This document shows positions 28,997 to 39,186 of a stretch of DNA of 64,000 bases, in pieces. The stretch is from assembly GCA_000092065.1 (NCBI GenBank), contig CP000587.1; one strand, 5' to 3'. Source of the DNA: Ostreococcus lucimarinus (Eukaryota). The translations under genes and the position numbers were made by a program. Position 1 is the stretch's first letter; each line of letters starts with the position of its first letter. The notes below the pieces were generated by a model that did not search any database, was not told the origin of the DNA, and worked only from the letters and a program-made list of their open reading frames with translations.

Positions 28997-30578
28997 TCAA
29001 TTATTCCCACGTCGGCGCGCCTCACGCTCCTCCCACAACGCGACCAATCTGTCTCGTTTCGCTCGACGCATCATGAGCTCCTTCGGAGTCGGCGGCGCTG
29101 GCGCGTTTTGCGCCACAGTTTCCAGCGGTTTCCTGGGCATCGGCGTTGAGCGCAGCATGGTTTGCATTCGTCGAAGCCACGATTGATACACAGTCATATC
29201 CACGAATCGCTCATGGGCCGTCAGATCGTCCGCTAAATCGAGCGTCGCGACGAGCAAACACAACTGATTGGGTTCTAAGTTCTTTGCCAAGAGTCGCGGT
29301 AAATCGAGCCACGCCTTGTGGCGTCGTCCGCCGAGCATGAGCGCGGTTTGCGCCGACGCCGGTGTACGGGACATGAGCTCACTCAAGTAGCCGCACAAGA
29401 CTGCCGCCTCGTTCGCTCCAGATCCCGTAGAAAGTCTCGTCGCGGCGAGTGTACCAGCATGTGTGGCGTGGACGAATTCCGACAGCGTAACGTCCTCAAC
29501 GTATCCGCACGCGCAAAGCATCGCCTCGAGACGATCGAGCGCGCGAGGGCTAGCGCGCTGAGGCTCGAGCTTTTCCATCACGTTCCTCAGATGCGCAAGC
29601 GTGATTCGACCGATCGAAGAGCCTTGCAAGCGGAACAAAGGCTGGAGCAAGTCGAGACGTTCTCTCGCCACCGTCCAGACGATGCAGCACAAATCATCCA
29701 CGAGCGGACGCGCATGCGTAAACTCAATCGATTCGATCAAGGGTGGTGCCGACGGCAGTGGTGATTCGACATCCACATCATTCGTATCATCCATCTGAAT
29801 GTCCCTCGCGGGCGCGTCGTACTCATAGTCTTCTTCTTCGTACTCGTCCAGTCGCTCGTACGGCGCCGTGTTGCTCTGAAGAAAGTGACGCAAATCTATT
29901 TCGTCTTCGCCCTCTGCGACCGCACCGCCGTGAACCTGCTTTTCTACCGCTCCATAGCTCATCAGGTTCGGCCCACTCGACGATTTTCCGAGCAAAGGTG
30001 TCTGCGCCGCCGAATCATTCAGTTCGCGTTTCGTCGAGGCGTTCGTCTCTTCTCCGATTTGAATCGGCGGCGGAACCTCCAACTCTTTCACTTTCCGCAC
30101 ATTTGTCCCTCGTGAACTTTGCACCGGTCGAATCGGCGACGCCGCGCCGTACGTGGACTCCTTTACCACAGGCAACAGCGGCACTCGCACGTCCCGCCAC
30201 TCCCTCGGCGAATCGCCGTCGTCCTTGGCGCCGTACTCCGCCAAGCTCGCGTTGGTCGCCAAGAGCGGCTCTGCGGCCCCACTCTCCCTCGCCGCCGCGC
30301 TCATACTCTCCCCGGGCACGGCGTCGTCCACCGCATCCAACTCCAAGACGATCTGCGGCGAATTTTCCAGTGCGTCCTCCACCGCGCCGTACGAGTCGCC
30401 GCGCCGCAACAGCGGCTCTCGCAGCGTCGCGTTATCCTCCACCCTCGGCGATTCCGCGCTCGCCCCGTACGCATCGCTGTGAAACGAGCTCGCGTGTTTC
30501 AACAGCGACACCGACGCCGCCGGCGCGTCCCGCACCGCGTCGTCCGCATCGTTCGCCGTCGTCGCGTCTTCGCCTTCG

Positions 30579-30612
<34 letters not shown>

Positions 30613-30895
30613 ACCGCACCCACTCCATCGTCGCCGCGCCCTCCCGACCGTCCATCGACAGCGTCGACGCGTCCAACTCCACCGCCGCCTCGCGCGCGTC
30701 GTCGTCCTCGCTCGACAGCGCCGAGATCGAGCCCGCGTCGTCGCGCGCGCGCGCGGTCGTCGCCAAACGGTCGTCGTCCTCGAACGGGTTCCGCGCCGCG
30801 CCCTCGCGCGCGCGCGCGCCGCCCCTCTCCGGGGTCACGATCCCGACGCCCGGAACGAAGAGCTTCGCCCGCGCGTTCAGCGCCGACGTCGTCAT
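28997..30895 (-). CDS. Hypothetical acidic Ser/Ala-rich protein with degenerate PLL...SYGA repeats, a poly-Asp run and a structured C-terminal domain
   Basis: From the in-frame ATG at 30895 (MTTSALNARAKLFVPG...). It contains repeated blocks EPLLRRGDSYGAVEDA / LAEYGAKDDGD / KESTYGAASPIR / PNLMSYGAVEKQ, a D10 run from (GTC)n, and a C-terminal globular region (...LCCIVWTVARERLDLLQPLF...). Codons above 30895 in the track ORF are antisense to the CDK7 gene. No family assigned. Confidence 0.45.
30580..30610 (-). repeat. (GAC)n microsatellite encoding poly-Asp in the hypothetical protein
   Basis: Plus strand reads gtcgtcgtcgtcgtcgtcgtcgtcgtcgtc. Confidence 0.8.
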
Positions 30896-31000
30896 CGCGC
30901 GCGCGCCGCGACGCCGCGTCGGTGAATGCCGACGGCGCGGTGCGCGGCTGGATGGATGTCGACGGTGACGCGGCACAGCGCGCCGCGCGCGCCGCGCGCG

Positions 31001-31924
31001 ATGGACCGCTACGTCAAGGGACGCACGCTCGGTGAGGGCACGTTCGGCGTCGTCCACGAGGCGCGCGTCGAGGCGACGGGCGAGCGCGTGGCGATCAAAA
31101 AGATTCGACTCGGGAAACTCAAGGAGGGCGTCAACTTCACGGCGATACGCGAGATCAAACTGCTGCAGGAGATCGAGCACGAGCACGTCATCGCGCTCGT
31201 CGACGTGTTCGCGCACAAGAAGAACCTGAACCTGGTGTTCGAGTTCTGCGGCGGGGACCTGGAGATGGTGATCAGGGACAAGACGGCGCCGCTGGAGCGA
31301 GGGGAGGTGAAGTCGTACGCGATGATGACGCTGCGAGCGGTGGCGCACTGTCACGAGAGATGGGTGCTGCACAGAGATTTGAAACCGAACAACCTGTTGA
31401 TCGCGCCGAACGGGTGCTTGAAGTTGGCGGATTTTGGGTTGGCGCGGATATTCGGGTCGCCGGATAGACGGTTCACGCATCAGGTGTTCGCGAGGTGGTA
31501 TCGCGCGCCGGAGTTGTTGTTGGGGTCGAAGACGTACGGACCGGGCGTGGATATTTGGGCCGTGGGGTGTATCATCGCGGAATTGATGCTCCGGCGGCCG
31601 TTCTTCGCGGGATCGTCGGATATCGATCAGTTGGGGAAGGTGTACGCGGCGCTAGGGACGCCGACGGAGACGAATTGGCCGGGGGTGTCGGCGCTACCGG
31701 ATTTCATCGAGTTTGTGTACGTGCCGCCGCCGAATCTTCGCGATACGTTCCCGAACGAAACGGACGAGGCGCTGGATCTGTTGCGGAAGATGCTCGAGTA
31801 CGATCCGAATAAGCGTATCACCGCCGCGCAGGCTTTAGAGCATCCGTACTTTCACACCAAGCCCGCGCCGATTCCGTACGAACAGCTTCCGAAGCGGTTC
31901 GTCGCGAAAGAAGCCGAGGCGAAC

Positions 31925-31958
<34 letters not shown>

Positions 31959-32149
31959 GGGATGAAGAGCCAGCTTCACCCGCGTCCGCACGTCAGCCGA
32001 AGACTGGCGAGAAACGTAGACTAGAGGACACCACCGACTCGACGGATCCAAACTTTCGCCCGAAGCTCGACGAAGAGGACAGGGAATCTTTGCGAAAACG
32101 AAAAGGCGCGCTCGACGCCGCGTTCGCTGACGTCGACGGAGACGACTGA
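31001..32149 (+). CDS. CDK7: Cyclin-dependent kinase 7 / CDK-activating kinase (plant CDKD-type)
   Basis: [21 protein letters not shown]..., [20 protein letters not shown] (the CDK7-type [14 protein letters not shown] box), [16 protein letters not shown] and the T-loop [14 protein letters not shown]. The track ORF starts 25 codons earlier at 30926. I chose the MDRY ATG by homology with CDK7 N-termini. The C-terminus carries a (GCG)n poly-Ala run. Confidence 0.9.
31925..31958 (+). repeat. (GCG)n microsatellite encoding poly-Ala in the CDK7 C-terminal tail
   Basis: gcggcggcggcggcggcggcggcggcggcggcgg. Confidence 0.8.
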
Positions 32150-32215
32150 TTAGGACCGTAATACTATAGCTTACCCGTAGTGAAGTGATTTACAACTCGA
32201 CGCGCGCGCGTCTTA

Positions 32216-32911
32216 CTAATCCGCCGCGTCGACGCGCGGCGCCTCGCCTCTCGCCGCCCCCGCCAACTCCGCCTGCATCCGTTTCAACTCCTCGGGATCG
32301 ATTCCCTCTAATATCTTCGGCGCCACGACCGCTAAAAACACCGACATGATCACCATGAGCGCCATCGGATTCCTCAGCAAGCTCCCCAACGACACGCTCG
32401 ACGCCGGCTCGTAGTATTCCAGCGTCGACGCCGGCGTCAATCGCAGCGGCTTCGTCGGCACCGTCACCGTTCGATCCTCGGCGAGATATGCCTCGACGTC
32501 ACCGACCTTTCCTCCGTCTCCGTCGTCCGCGCCGACGATTCGCACGGCGACGGGCGGAAAATTCAACCCGACGGCGTGCACGTCCAGCACGTGTCTTCCC
32601 GCGGGCGCGTCCCGCACCGCGAACGTCCCGTCTCCTCGCACTTTGGCCCCGATCTTCCCGTGCGCCTCCGTGTTCAGCGTCACTCGAATCGTTCGCGTGT
32701 CCACGCCGTGCGCGCGCAGCGCGCCCTCGTCCAGCGCGCCGTCGAGGACGTAACGCTCGCGCGTCACCACCGCCGTGTTCGCGCCATCGCGCGTCTTCAT
32801 CGTCCCCTCCTGCGCCGCGCGCGCGCCGCGCAGCGCCGCGAGCGTCGCGCACGCGCAGAGTGCGTACCATCCGATCGCGCGTCGCCGCGTCGCGTCGCGC
32901 CGCGCGCGCAT
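32216..32911 (-). CDS. ER membrane protein complex subunit 7-like (EMC7/DUF2012: signal peptide, beta-sandwich, single TM)
   Basis: It has a signal peptide (AIGWYALCACATLAALRGARA) and a carbohydrate-binding-like beta region (ERYVLDGALD...GDGTFAVRDAPAGRHVLDVHAVGLNFPPVAVRI). It also has a TM helix (NPMALMVIMSVFLAVVAPKIL) and a short charged tail (DPEELKRMQAEL). The ATG was verified. Confidence 0.5.
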   Translation of the reverse strand: MRARRDATRRRAIGWYALCACATLAALRGARAAQEGTMKTRDGANTAVVTRERYVLDGALDEGALRAHGVDTRTIRVTLNTEAHGKIGAKVRGDGTFAVRDAPAGRHVLDVHAVGLNFPPVAVRIVGADDGDGGKVGDVEAYLAEDRTVTVPTKPLRLTPASTLEYYEPASSVSLGSLLRNPMALMVIMSVFLAVVAPKILEGIDPEELKRMQAELAGAARGEAPRVDAAD

Positions 32912-32998
32912 CGCGTCGCGCTGTCCCGCGAACGCGCGGTGCGTCGCGCATTCAAAACCTCATTCGTCGTCGCCGCGCGTCGACGCGCGCGCGCCGTC

Positions 32999-34459
32999 AT
33001 GATCACCGACGACGCGTACGGACGATGGAAGTCGTTGGTCCCGTTCGTGTACGACTGGTTCGCGCACACGCGGACGTCGTGGCCGTCGCTGTGCGCGCGC
33101 TGGGGCGAGGTGCTCGACGCGAACGACCATCGCTCGCGACAGCGCGTCTATCTCACCGAACAGACCGAAGGGACGACGGCGAGCGGGAAGCCGACGCCGA
33201 ACACGATATTGGTGTGCCAGGCGGAGGTGGTGCGACCGCGCGTGGCGGCGGCGGAGCACATGATTTTCGATGAACACGCAAAGTCGCCAATTTTAAAGAA
33301 GGAAAAGGCGCTGTGGCACCCGGGAGAGGTGAATCGAATGCGGTGCGTGCCGGGGAAAGAAAACGTGCTGTTGACGCACACGGATGCGCCGGAGGTGTTC
33401 GTGTTCGACGCGAACGGGCCGGGAGGGAAGCAGAGCGCGTGTAAGAGAGCAGACGGGACGCAGTACACGCCGCCGACGGCGTGCTTGCGAGGACACACGG
33501 AAAACGCGGAATACGCGCTGGCGGTGTCGACGGTGGGAGAGGTGGTGGCGAGTGGAGGTAAGGATGAAAAGGTGATGATTTGGGAGCTCGGAGATGCGAG
33601 CACGGGGGGCGGGGCGAGAGGAAAGGAGGAGAAGGAGGGAAGCGGCGCGCCCGTGGTGGGCGGCGGGTTGAGCTCGACGGAACTCGCGAGACACACGTCT
33701 ATTTGGGCGCGCGTCGAGTTTTCGGGGCACACCGATACGATCGAGGATGTGTGCTTTAACCCACGGAACGAGCGGGAGCTGTGCTCGGTCGGGGATGATC
33801 GGAATATGTTTTTTTGGGACACGCGAACGAAGAAGGCGGCGGGGTTCGCGAAGGGGGCGCACGCGGACGACGTGCACTGCGTCGCGTGGAGCGCGTTCGA
33901 AGAGCACGTCATCGTTACTGGTGGAAAAGACACCACCGTTAAGGTTTGGGATCGTCGAACGCTGTCCGATAGCTCGAACGAGGCAATGCACACGTTCGAC
34001 GACCACACCGACAGTGTTTTGTGCGTGGACATGCACCCGCAGGCAAAGGGGGTTTTCATGACAGCCGACGAAGTAGGCCGCGTGAACGTGTTTGATTACT
34101 CGAAAGTCGGCGCTGAACAGAGTGCGGAACAAGCAAAAGCTGGTCCGGCGCACTTGGTCTTTCAGCACAGCGGCCATCGTGGGACGGTTTGGGATATTCA
34201 GTGGAACCCTTACGACTCCTGGACCGCGTGCTCGACCTCGGTCGGGGACTTTCAGAATACTTTGCAACTCTGGCGCGTGAACGATTTGATCTATCGCGAC
34301 GAAGAGGAGTGCATTCGTGAGCTCGAACAACATCGGGATATCATATGTGGTCGCGCGGCGCTGAAACAGTCAGAGCCGTCGGTGAAGGAGGAAAAAACGG
34401 ACGCCGACACCGACGGCGGCTCTATTATCATCGAAGACGACCGCGTGGACGAAGACTAG
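32999..34459 (+). CDS. MSI1: Histone-binding WD40 protein of the RbAp48/RBBP4/MSI1 (CAF-1 p48, NURF55) family
   Basis: The N-terminal helix signature is YGRWKSLVPFVYDWFAHTRTSWPSLCARWG (RbAp48: [26 protein letters not shown]). It is followed by seven WD repeats (..LRGHTENAEYALA.., ..FSGHTDTIEDVCF.., ..TFDDHTDSVLCVD.., ..QHSGHRGTVWDIQWNP..). The ATG at 32999 was verified. The first 141 codons of the track ORF are Arg-rich. Confidence 0.85.
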   Translation: MITDDAYGRWKSLVPFVYDWFAHTRTSWPSLCARWGEVLDANDHRSRQRVYLTEQTEGTTASGKPTPNTILVCQAEVVRPRVAAAEHMIFDEHAKSPILKKEKALWHPGEVNRMRCVPGKENVLLTHTDAPEVFVFDANGPGGKQSACKRADGTQYTPPTACLRGHTENAEYALAVSTVGEVVASGGKDEKVMIWELGDASTGGGARGKEEKEGSGAPVVGGGLSSTELARHTSIWARVEFSGHTDTIEDVCFNPRNERELCSVGDDRNMFFWDTRTKKAAGFAKGAHADDVHCVAWSAFEEHVIVTGGKDTTVKVWDRRTLSDSSNEAMHTFDDHTDSVLCVDMHPQAKGVFMTADEVGRVNVFDYSKVGAEQSAEQAKAGPAHLVFQHSGHRGTVWDIQWNPYDSWTACSTSVGDFQNTLQLWRVNDLIYRDEEECIRELEQHRDIICGRAALKQSEPSVKEEKTDADTDGGSIIIEDDRVDED

Positions 34460-34541
34460 ATCAAAATTTTGGAATCAAAAGACTAGAAATGAAGTGTATC
34501 AATCATGAACTGAAGTGTATCTATCATGTGTGCTAACTGCG

Positions 34542-35791
34542 CTAACGTTCTGCTCCGAACGCGCCGAGTCCGACGCGTTTTCCTCGAGTCGTCGCGGTGA
34601 CGGGCTCCGCGATGCCCTCGCCTTCTCTACCTACGCCTGAGCCTTGCCCTTGGAATCCCATCTTAGCGAGCATGCGGCTCCCGAACCCAGTGGTATGTTT
34701 TTCAAACGCGCCGTACTCGTGTCCCGCGCCGACAACGGTGCCGCGCTTCTTCGCGCGAGCCTTCTCGATGAATTCTCGGTCCCTTGCCTGCGCCTCGGCC
34801 GCGCGTCGCGCGCCGCGATTCGGATACACGACCGGTTCACCGTTGGCGTTGGGTTCCATCGACGGTTTCTTGCGAGAATCCTCGTCGTCGTCGTCGTCGA
34901 TGAAGACGTCGGAGTCTCGCGCGACACCGCCAGAAATGAATTGCACTGCAGGTTTCGCGCGTCGACGCGTCTTCTTCGTCGGCCCACCGCGCGTACTTTT
35001 TGTCGACGCGCGCGCCCCGCGAACGTTCGTCGAGCGCGGCTCTCGTCGAGCGGCAGAATCTATGTGAATGATCGCGTGACGCCTCTTCCCACCACCGCGA
35101 ACTTCGAGCGCGCAGTCGTGCCGTTTCGCGACCCTCGCCGCGTCTTCGAGCGAAAGCGACGTCGGGCACCCGACGTACGCCGCGCCCGCGTCGATCGCCG
35201 CCGCGATAACGCGCGACCACTTCGCGTCGTCGTCGTCGTCGTCGAAATCATCGCTCGCGTTCGCCGCGAATCGCGCCTCGATTTCTTCTTCGTCGCTCGA
35301 ATCCCACGGAGGCTCCGGCGGCCCGCCCTCGACGTCCATGTTCATGATCGATCGCAACTCTCGCGCGAGCCTCGCGTCGCTCTCATCCTCGTCCTCGTCG
35401 AACTCGCGCTCGTCCTCATCGCCCACGAACGCCCCATCGTCGCCCTCGTCGCTCGACGTCGCCCCGCCGCTCCGCAAACGCGCGTTCTCCGCGTAATCCA
35501 TCGCCGCGTCGTCGTCCACGCTCGAGCCGTCGCTCCAATCCTCGTCCGAGCTCTCCGCCGCCTCCTCCGACGCCACCGACGCCGCCATTCGCATACTATC
35601 GTTCCCGATCGACGTCCCGCCGTCTCCCGCGCCGTCGTACTCGTGCGCCACCGCCGCGTTCGCCGACGCCGACGCGCCGCCGACGCGGTCCAGCACCACC
35701 TCCACGCCGCCGACGCGCAGGATCCGCGCGCCGCGTCCGCCGCGTCCGCGCCGTCGATATCGCGCGCATCGCAATCCCGCGCGTCGCGTCG

Positions 35792-35822
<31 letters not shown>

Positions 35823-35963
35823 CGAGCTCGACCGCCCGGCGATGATTTCTTCGTCCGTCCACCGCGCGCGCGTCGCGCGGCGCGCGCCGTCGGCGTCGCG
35901 ACGCCGCGCGGGCGACCGCGCGCCCGCGCGCCGCGCGTCCGCGTCCGCGCGTCGCGCGGGCAT
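34542..35963 (-). CDS. G-patch domain protein (acidic, low-complexity N-terminal region; C-terminal G-patch)
   Basis: The C-terminus HTTGFGSRMLAKMGFQGQGSGVGREGEGIAEPVTATTRGKRVGLGA is a canonical G-patch. Upstream are acidic DE-rich stretches and (GAC)n-encoded poly-Asp. The track start at 35990 is a GTG. The first ATG at 35963 is used. Confidence 0.6.
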
Positions 35964-36164
35964 GCGCGCGGCGGACGGATGCCGCGTCACACGATGCCGC
36001 GCGCGACGTCGAGCGACGACGCGCGACGGCGCGCGCGCGACGGCGCGACGCGCGTCCGGAGACGCGCGCGACGACCGCGCGGATCGTGGCGAGGCGTCGC
36101 GTGCGCGTGCGCGGTCGTCGCGACGGCGACGCGCGAGGCGAGGGGTGCGTTCGGGACAAGATGC

Positions 36165-36212
36165 GACGACGACGACGACGACGACGCGACGACGCGACGA
36201 CGCGACGACGCG
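36165..36212 (+). repeat. (GACGAC / GCGACGAC)n microsatellite
   Basis: gacgacgacgacgacgacgcgacgacgcgacgacgcgacgacgcgacgg lies between the G-patch gene start and the Trx-like gene. Confidence 0.7.
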
Positions 36213-36278
36213 ACGGAAGAAACGGAAGAAACGGAAGACTGACGCGTCGGCGCGCGACCAGGCGGCATCGCGAGCAAA

Positions 36279-37040
36279 ATGGCGCTGAAGTACGGGAAGG
36301 AGGCGCTCAGGGAGGCGCGCGCGGCGCGCGAGGCGGGACGCGCGCCGAACGGGTGGACGGCGCGCGCGGTGGATTGGGCGACGCGAAAGCTCGAGGAAAG
36401 ACGCGACGACGACGAGGAGGGCGATGGTGGACGCGCGCGGAGCGCGTTCGAGGGAAGCACGGACGAGGGATGGCGGGAGACGGAGGATTGGGATTCGGGC
36501 GCGAGCGAAGACGCGGACGCGAGCGGAGACGCGGCGACGAAGGACGCGGACGCGGGATCGGTGACGCGCGATGAGGACGAGACGGAGAGCGACGGCGCGG
36601 GCGTGGGAATGCGAGTGATGTATCCGGAGACGTTCGATGAGGTCACGGCGGCGGCGAGGAACGAGGCGGGGGCGTGCGCGAGCGACGGTTCGAGCGACGA
36701 CGTCGAGCGATGGCTCGTCGTCGCGTGCGCGCGGAGTTCACCGACGTGTCGCGATTTAGCGCCGAGACTGGCGCTGATGAGCCATGATAGCGCGTTCACG
36801 TCGAGCGAGGGCGCGGGGTACGGCGTCGGGTGGGTCGATTGTACGCCCGAAAACGCGAGAGGATGGTGCGTCAACCGACTCGGCGCCAAGGCGGTGCCGA
36901 CGATCGTCGCCATCGCGCGCGGGCGAGAAGAGACGTACGACGGCGGATTCAAGGGAGATTTCATGCGAGAAATTCGGCGTTTCGCCACGTCTCACGCGGC
37001 GTCCGCGTCGACGAGTTGCTCGGCTTCGGGCGACGAGTAA
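36279..37040 (+). CDS. Thioredoxin-fold domain protein with atypical SPTC (Ser-x-x-Cys) active-site motif, acidic N-terminal region
   Basis: ..VERWLVVACARSSPTCRDLAPRL....GWVDCTPENARGWCVNRLGAKAVPTIVAIARGREETYDGG follows the Trx fold pattern (hydrophobic strand, WC..C position, cis-Pro PT, Y.GG). The first Cys of CxxC is replaced by Ser. The ATG was verified. Acidic regions come from GAC/GAG repeats. Confidence 0.45.
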   Translation: MALKYGKEALREARAAREAGRAPNGWTARAVDWATRKLEERRDDDEEGDGGRARSAFEGSTDEGWRETEDWDSGASEDADASGDAATKDADAGSVTRDEDETESDGAGVGMRVMYPETFDEVTAAARNEAGACASDGSSDDVERWLVVACARSSPTCRDLAPRLALMSHDSAFTSSEGAGYGVGWVDCTPENARGWCVNRLGAKAVPTIVAIARGREETYDGGFKGDFMREIRRFATSHAASASTSCSASGDE

Positions 37041-37087
37041 CCGACTCGGCGAGCGAAAGCCCGAGGCCCGCCACTCGCGGTCGCGCC

Positions 37088-38284
37088 ATGGCGGTCGCCA
37101 CCGGTGGACGTTTCGCCGAACGCTCCGCGTCGGTGAAGCCGATCGGACGCGAGCGCCCAGAACGTCGCGCGCGGCGTCGAGTGGTGCGCGTGGCGTCGAC
37201 TCGCGACGCTCGACTCGTGGAGCTTTATTCGGGCATCGGCGCCACTCGACTCGCGCTGGAGCCTCTGGTGACGCTTAAAAGCGCCATCGCGGTGGATAAC
37301 TCCGACGCCGCGAACGCGGTGTACGAGGCCAACTTCGCCGACGCCCCGCGAAGAGTCAACGTAGAGCACCTGGACTTGAATGCGCTTTTCGCATCTGGGA
37401 ACGGGGACGAGGGACGACAGGGACGAAGGAACGACTACGTGTTGACTGTTTCTCCCCCGTGTCAGCCGTACACGCGACGAGGCAAAGGCTTGGCGTCCGA
37501 AGATCCGCGCGCTCGAAGCTTTCACGCGGTGATTGATCAGCTGCGCGCGATCGAGCACGTTCCCAGACGTATATTTGTCGAAAACGTCGTCGGCTTTGAG
37601 TCGAGCGACACGAGACGCGCGCTATTGAACGCGTTAGGAAGTCGGCGATACGACGTGAGGGAGTTTATCGTTAGTCCGATGGCGTTGGGCATTCCGTATT
37701 CGCGTTCTCGTTACTACTTGATCGCGACTTTGCGCGAGGGCGGGTTTCGCGCTCCGACGCCGGCGTGGCTTGCGGGACGAGAATTAAACGACGACGGATC
37801 CGTCGTCACCTCTGACGCGCAGAGCAGTCCGTCATCGTCAGCGACGCTCAGTGAGTACATAGTCGCCGACGCGGATGGGCGAGTGGACTTATTGTTGAGC
37901 CCAGATACGATCAAGAAGTATCGTCGCATGCTCGACGTGGTGCACGCGAAGAGTCGGCGGTGCTCCACATTCACGTCAGGTTACGGCAGTACAGTGTTCG
38001 GGGGCTCAGTCGTACTTCGCGGCGGTAACGATGAGCTTGTGTCGATGTTGGAAGTAGATGTAAACGAGACGTCGGGCGTCGCTCGAATCAGCGAGCGAGA
38101 CATCGAACGTTTCGTCGGCGAATTGCGCTGGTTCGCCGTTGAAGAAATCAAGAGGCTGCACGGCGTGCGGCGAGATTTCACGTTCGACGCGTGTTCGACG
38201 AAGAAGGCGATATTCCTCCTCGGCAACTCGATATCGGTCGACGTCGTTCGCGAAGTGCTGCGCCATTTGATTCAAGACGGTTAG
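37088..38284 (+). CDS. DNMT2: DNMT2 / TRDMT1 tRNA(Asp) cytosine-5 methyltransferase
   Basis: C5-MTase motifs appear in DNMT2 order: I ELYSGIGA, IV SPPCQPYTRRG, VI IFVENVVGF, the DNMT2-specific CFT-like region ..RRCSTFTSGYG.., and X FLLGNSISVDVV. There is no N-terminal regulatory domain. The ATG at 37088 was verified. The track ORF extends 86 codons upstream into the previous gene's 3' end. Confidence 0.85.
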   Translation: MAVATGGRFAERSASVKPIGRERPERRARRRVVRVASTRDARLVELYSGIGATRLALEPLVTLKSAIAVDNSDAANAVYEANFADAPRRVNVEHLDLNALFASGNGDEGRQGRRNDYVLTVSPPCQPYTRRGKGLASEDPRARSFHAVIDQLRAIEHVPRRIFVENVVGFESSDTRRALLNALGSRRYDVREFIVSPMALGIPYSRSRYYLIATLREGGFRAPTPAWLAGRELNDDGSVVTSDAQSSPSSSATLSEYIVADADGRVDLLLSPDTIKKYRRMLDVVHAKSRRCSTFTSGYGSTVFGGSVVLRGGNDELVSMLEVDVNETSGVARISERDIERFVGELRWFAVEEIKRLHGVRRDFTFDACSTKKAIFLLGNSISVDVVREVLRHLIQDG

Positions 38285-38375
38285 GCGCGCGTATTTTTAG
38301 AAGATAGCGATTTAGAGAATAGCGCGATTTTAGGAGCAGGTTTCGTAGAAGTTGACGATTTCGCGCGCGACGCGA

Positions 38376-38945
38376 CTACTTTCGCACGATTGAACCGTAG
38401 AGAACGATCGGCCCGGCCCCGCCGTCATCTTCTTCCGTCTCGAAATCGTCGGCTGTCGCTCGGATCACGACGGAACGCCCCGCGATGGAGTTCGACGTAC
38501 CCGCCTTCAGCGTCGTGTACAAATCCTTGAAACTCGTCGTCGAATCGCCATTTTCGTCCGCGACGATGTTTCCTAGATCTCCAATGTGTCTGTTCAGCAC
38601 GCATCCATCGCCCACGAAGTGGCACGCGCTCGCGCCAAACTTTTTCAACGCCGTCGGTCCGTGGTGCGGTCGCTTATCGGGATTATAGCTCTTCCCCGTG
38701 CACGCGCCCGCGTCGTCGCACCCGCTCACGTCCCCATTCTCGTGCACGTTGATCCCGTGTTTCCCCGGCGTCAACCCTCGAACGTTCGCTCGCACCACCA
38801 CGACCTCCTGGTTCGCGCGGTTCGTCTCCAGCGAAAACTCCACCTCGCCGCTCGCCCCCGCGCCCGCGCGCGTCGGCGTCAGCCTCGCCGCGTACGTCGC
38901 CTCGCCCGCCCACGCGACGCTCGCGGACGCGTGCAGCGCCACCAT
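38376..38945 (-). CDS. Cu/Zn superoxide dismutase-fold protein with signal peptide; several metal ligands and the second disulfide Cys substituted (probably non-canonical or non-catalytic)
   Basis: GLTPGKHGINVHENGD, NRHIGDLGNIVADENGD and SIAGRSVVIRATADD align to SOD1 (HGFHVHEFGD, ERHVGDLGN, SIIGRTLVVHEKADD). SOD1 H63 (GPHFNP) reads GKSYNP here, H120 reads I/R (VVIRA), and C146 is absent. The in-frame ATG at 38945 gives MVALHASASVAWAGEA, a signal-peptide-like start. An alternative ATG near 39149 would give a Thr/Arg-rich presequence. Confidence 0.6.
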   Translation of the reverse strand: MVALHASASVAWAGEATYAARLTPTRAGAGASGEVEFSLETNRANQEVVVVRANVRGLTPGKHGINVHENGDVSGCDDAGACTGKSYNPDKRPHHGPTALKKFGASACHFVGDGCVLNRHIGDLGNIVADENGDSTTSFKDLYTTLKAGTSNSIAGRSVVIRATADDFETEEDDGGAGPIVLYGSIVRK

Positions 38946-39186
38946 CGCGCTCGCGAGCGCGCGCGCCGCGTCCGCGCGTCGTCCCGCGCGCGTCCCCGTC
39001 GCGTCATCCACGTCCGCGCGCGTCGCGTCATCGCGCGCCGCCCGCGCCGCGCGCGCGCCGCGCGTCGCGCGCGCGCGTCGCGTCGTCGCGCGCGCCGTTA
39101 CTCGGCGCGTCGCCGTCGCCGTCGCCGTCGCGCGCGTCGTCGTCGTCGCCATCGCGTCGCGCACTGCGGCGGCACTTCGCGCCGAC

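Noticed and set aside
37088-38284. Cytosine-5 DNA methyltransferase as part of a restriction-modification system
   Set aside because: The motif set and absence of a target-recognition insertion match eukaryotic DNMT2/TRDMT1 (a tRNA methylase). There is no adjacent endonuclease, and the neighbours are ordinary eukaryotic genes.
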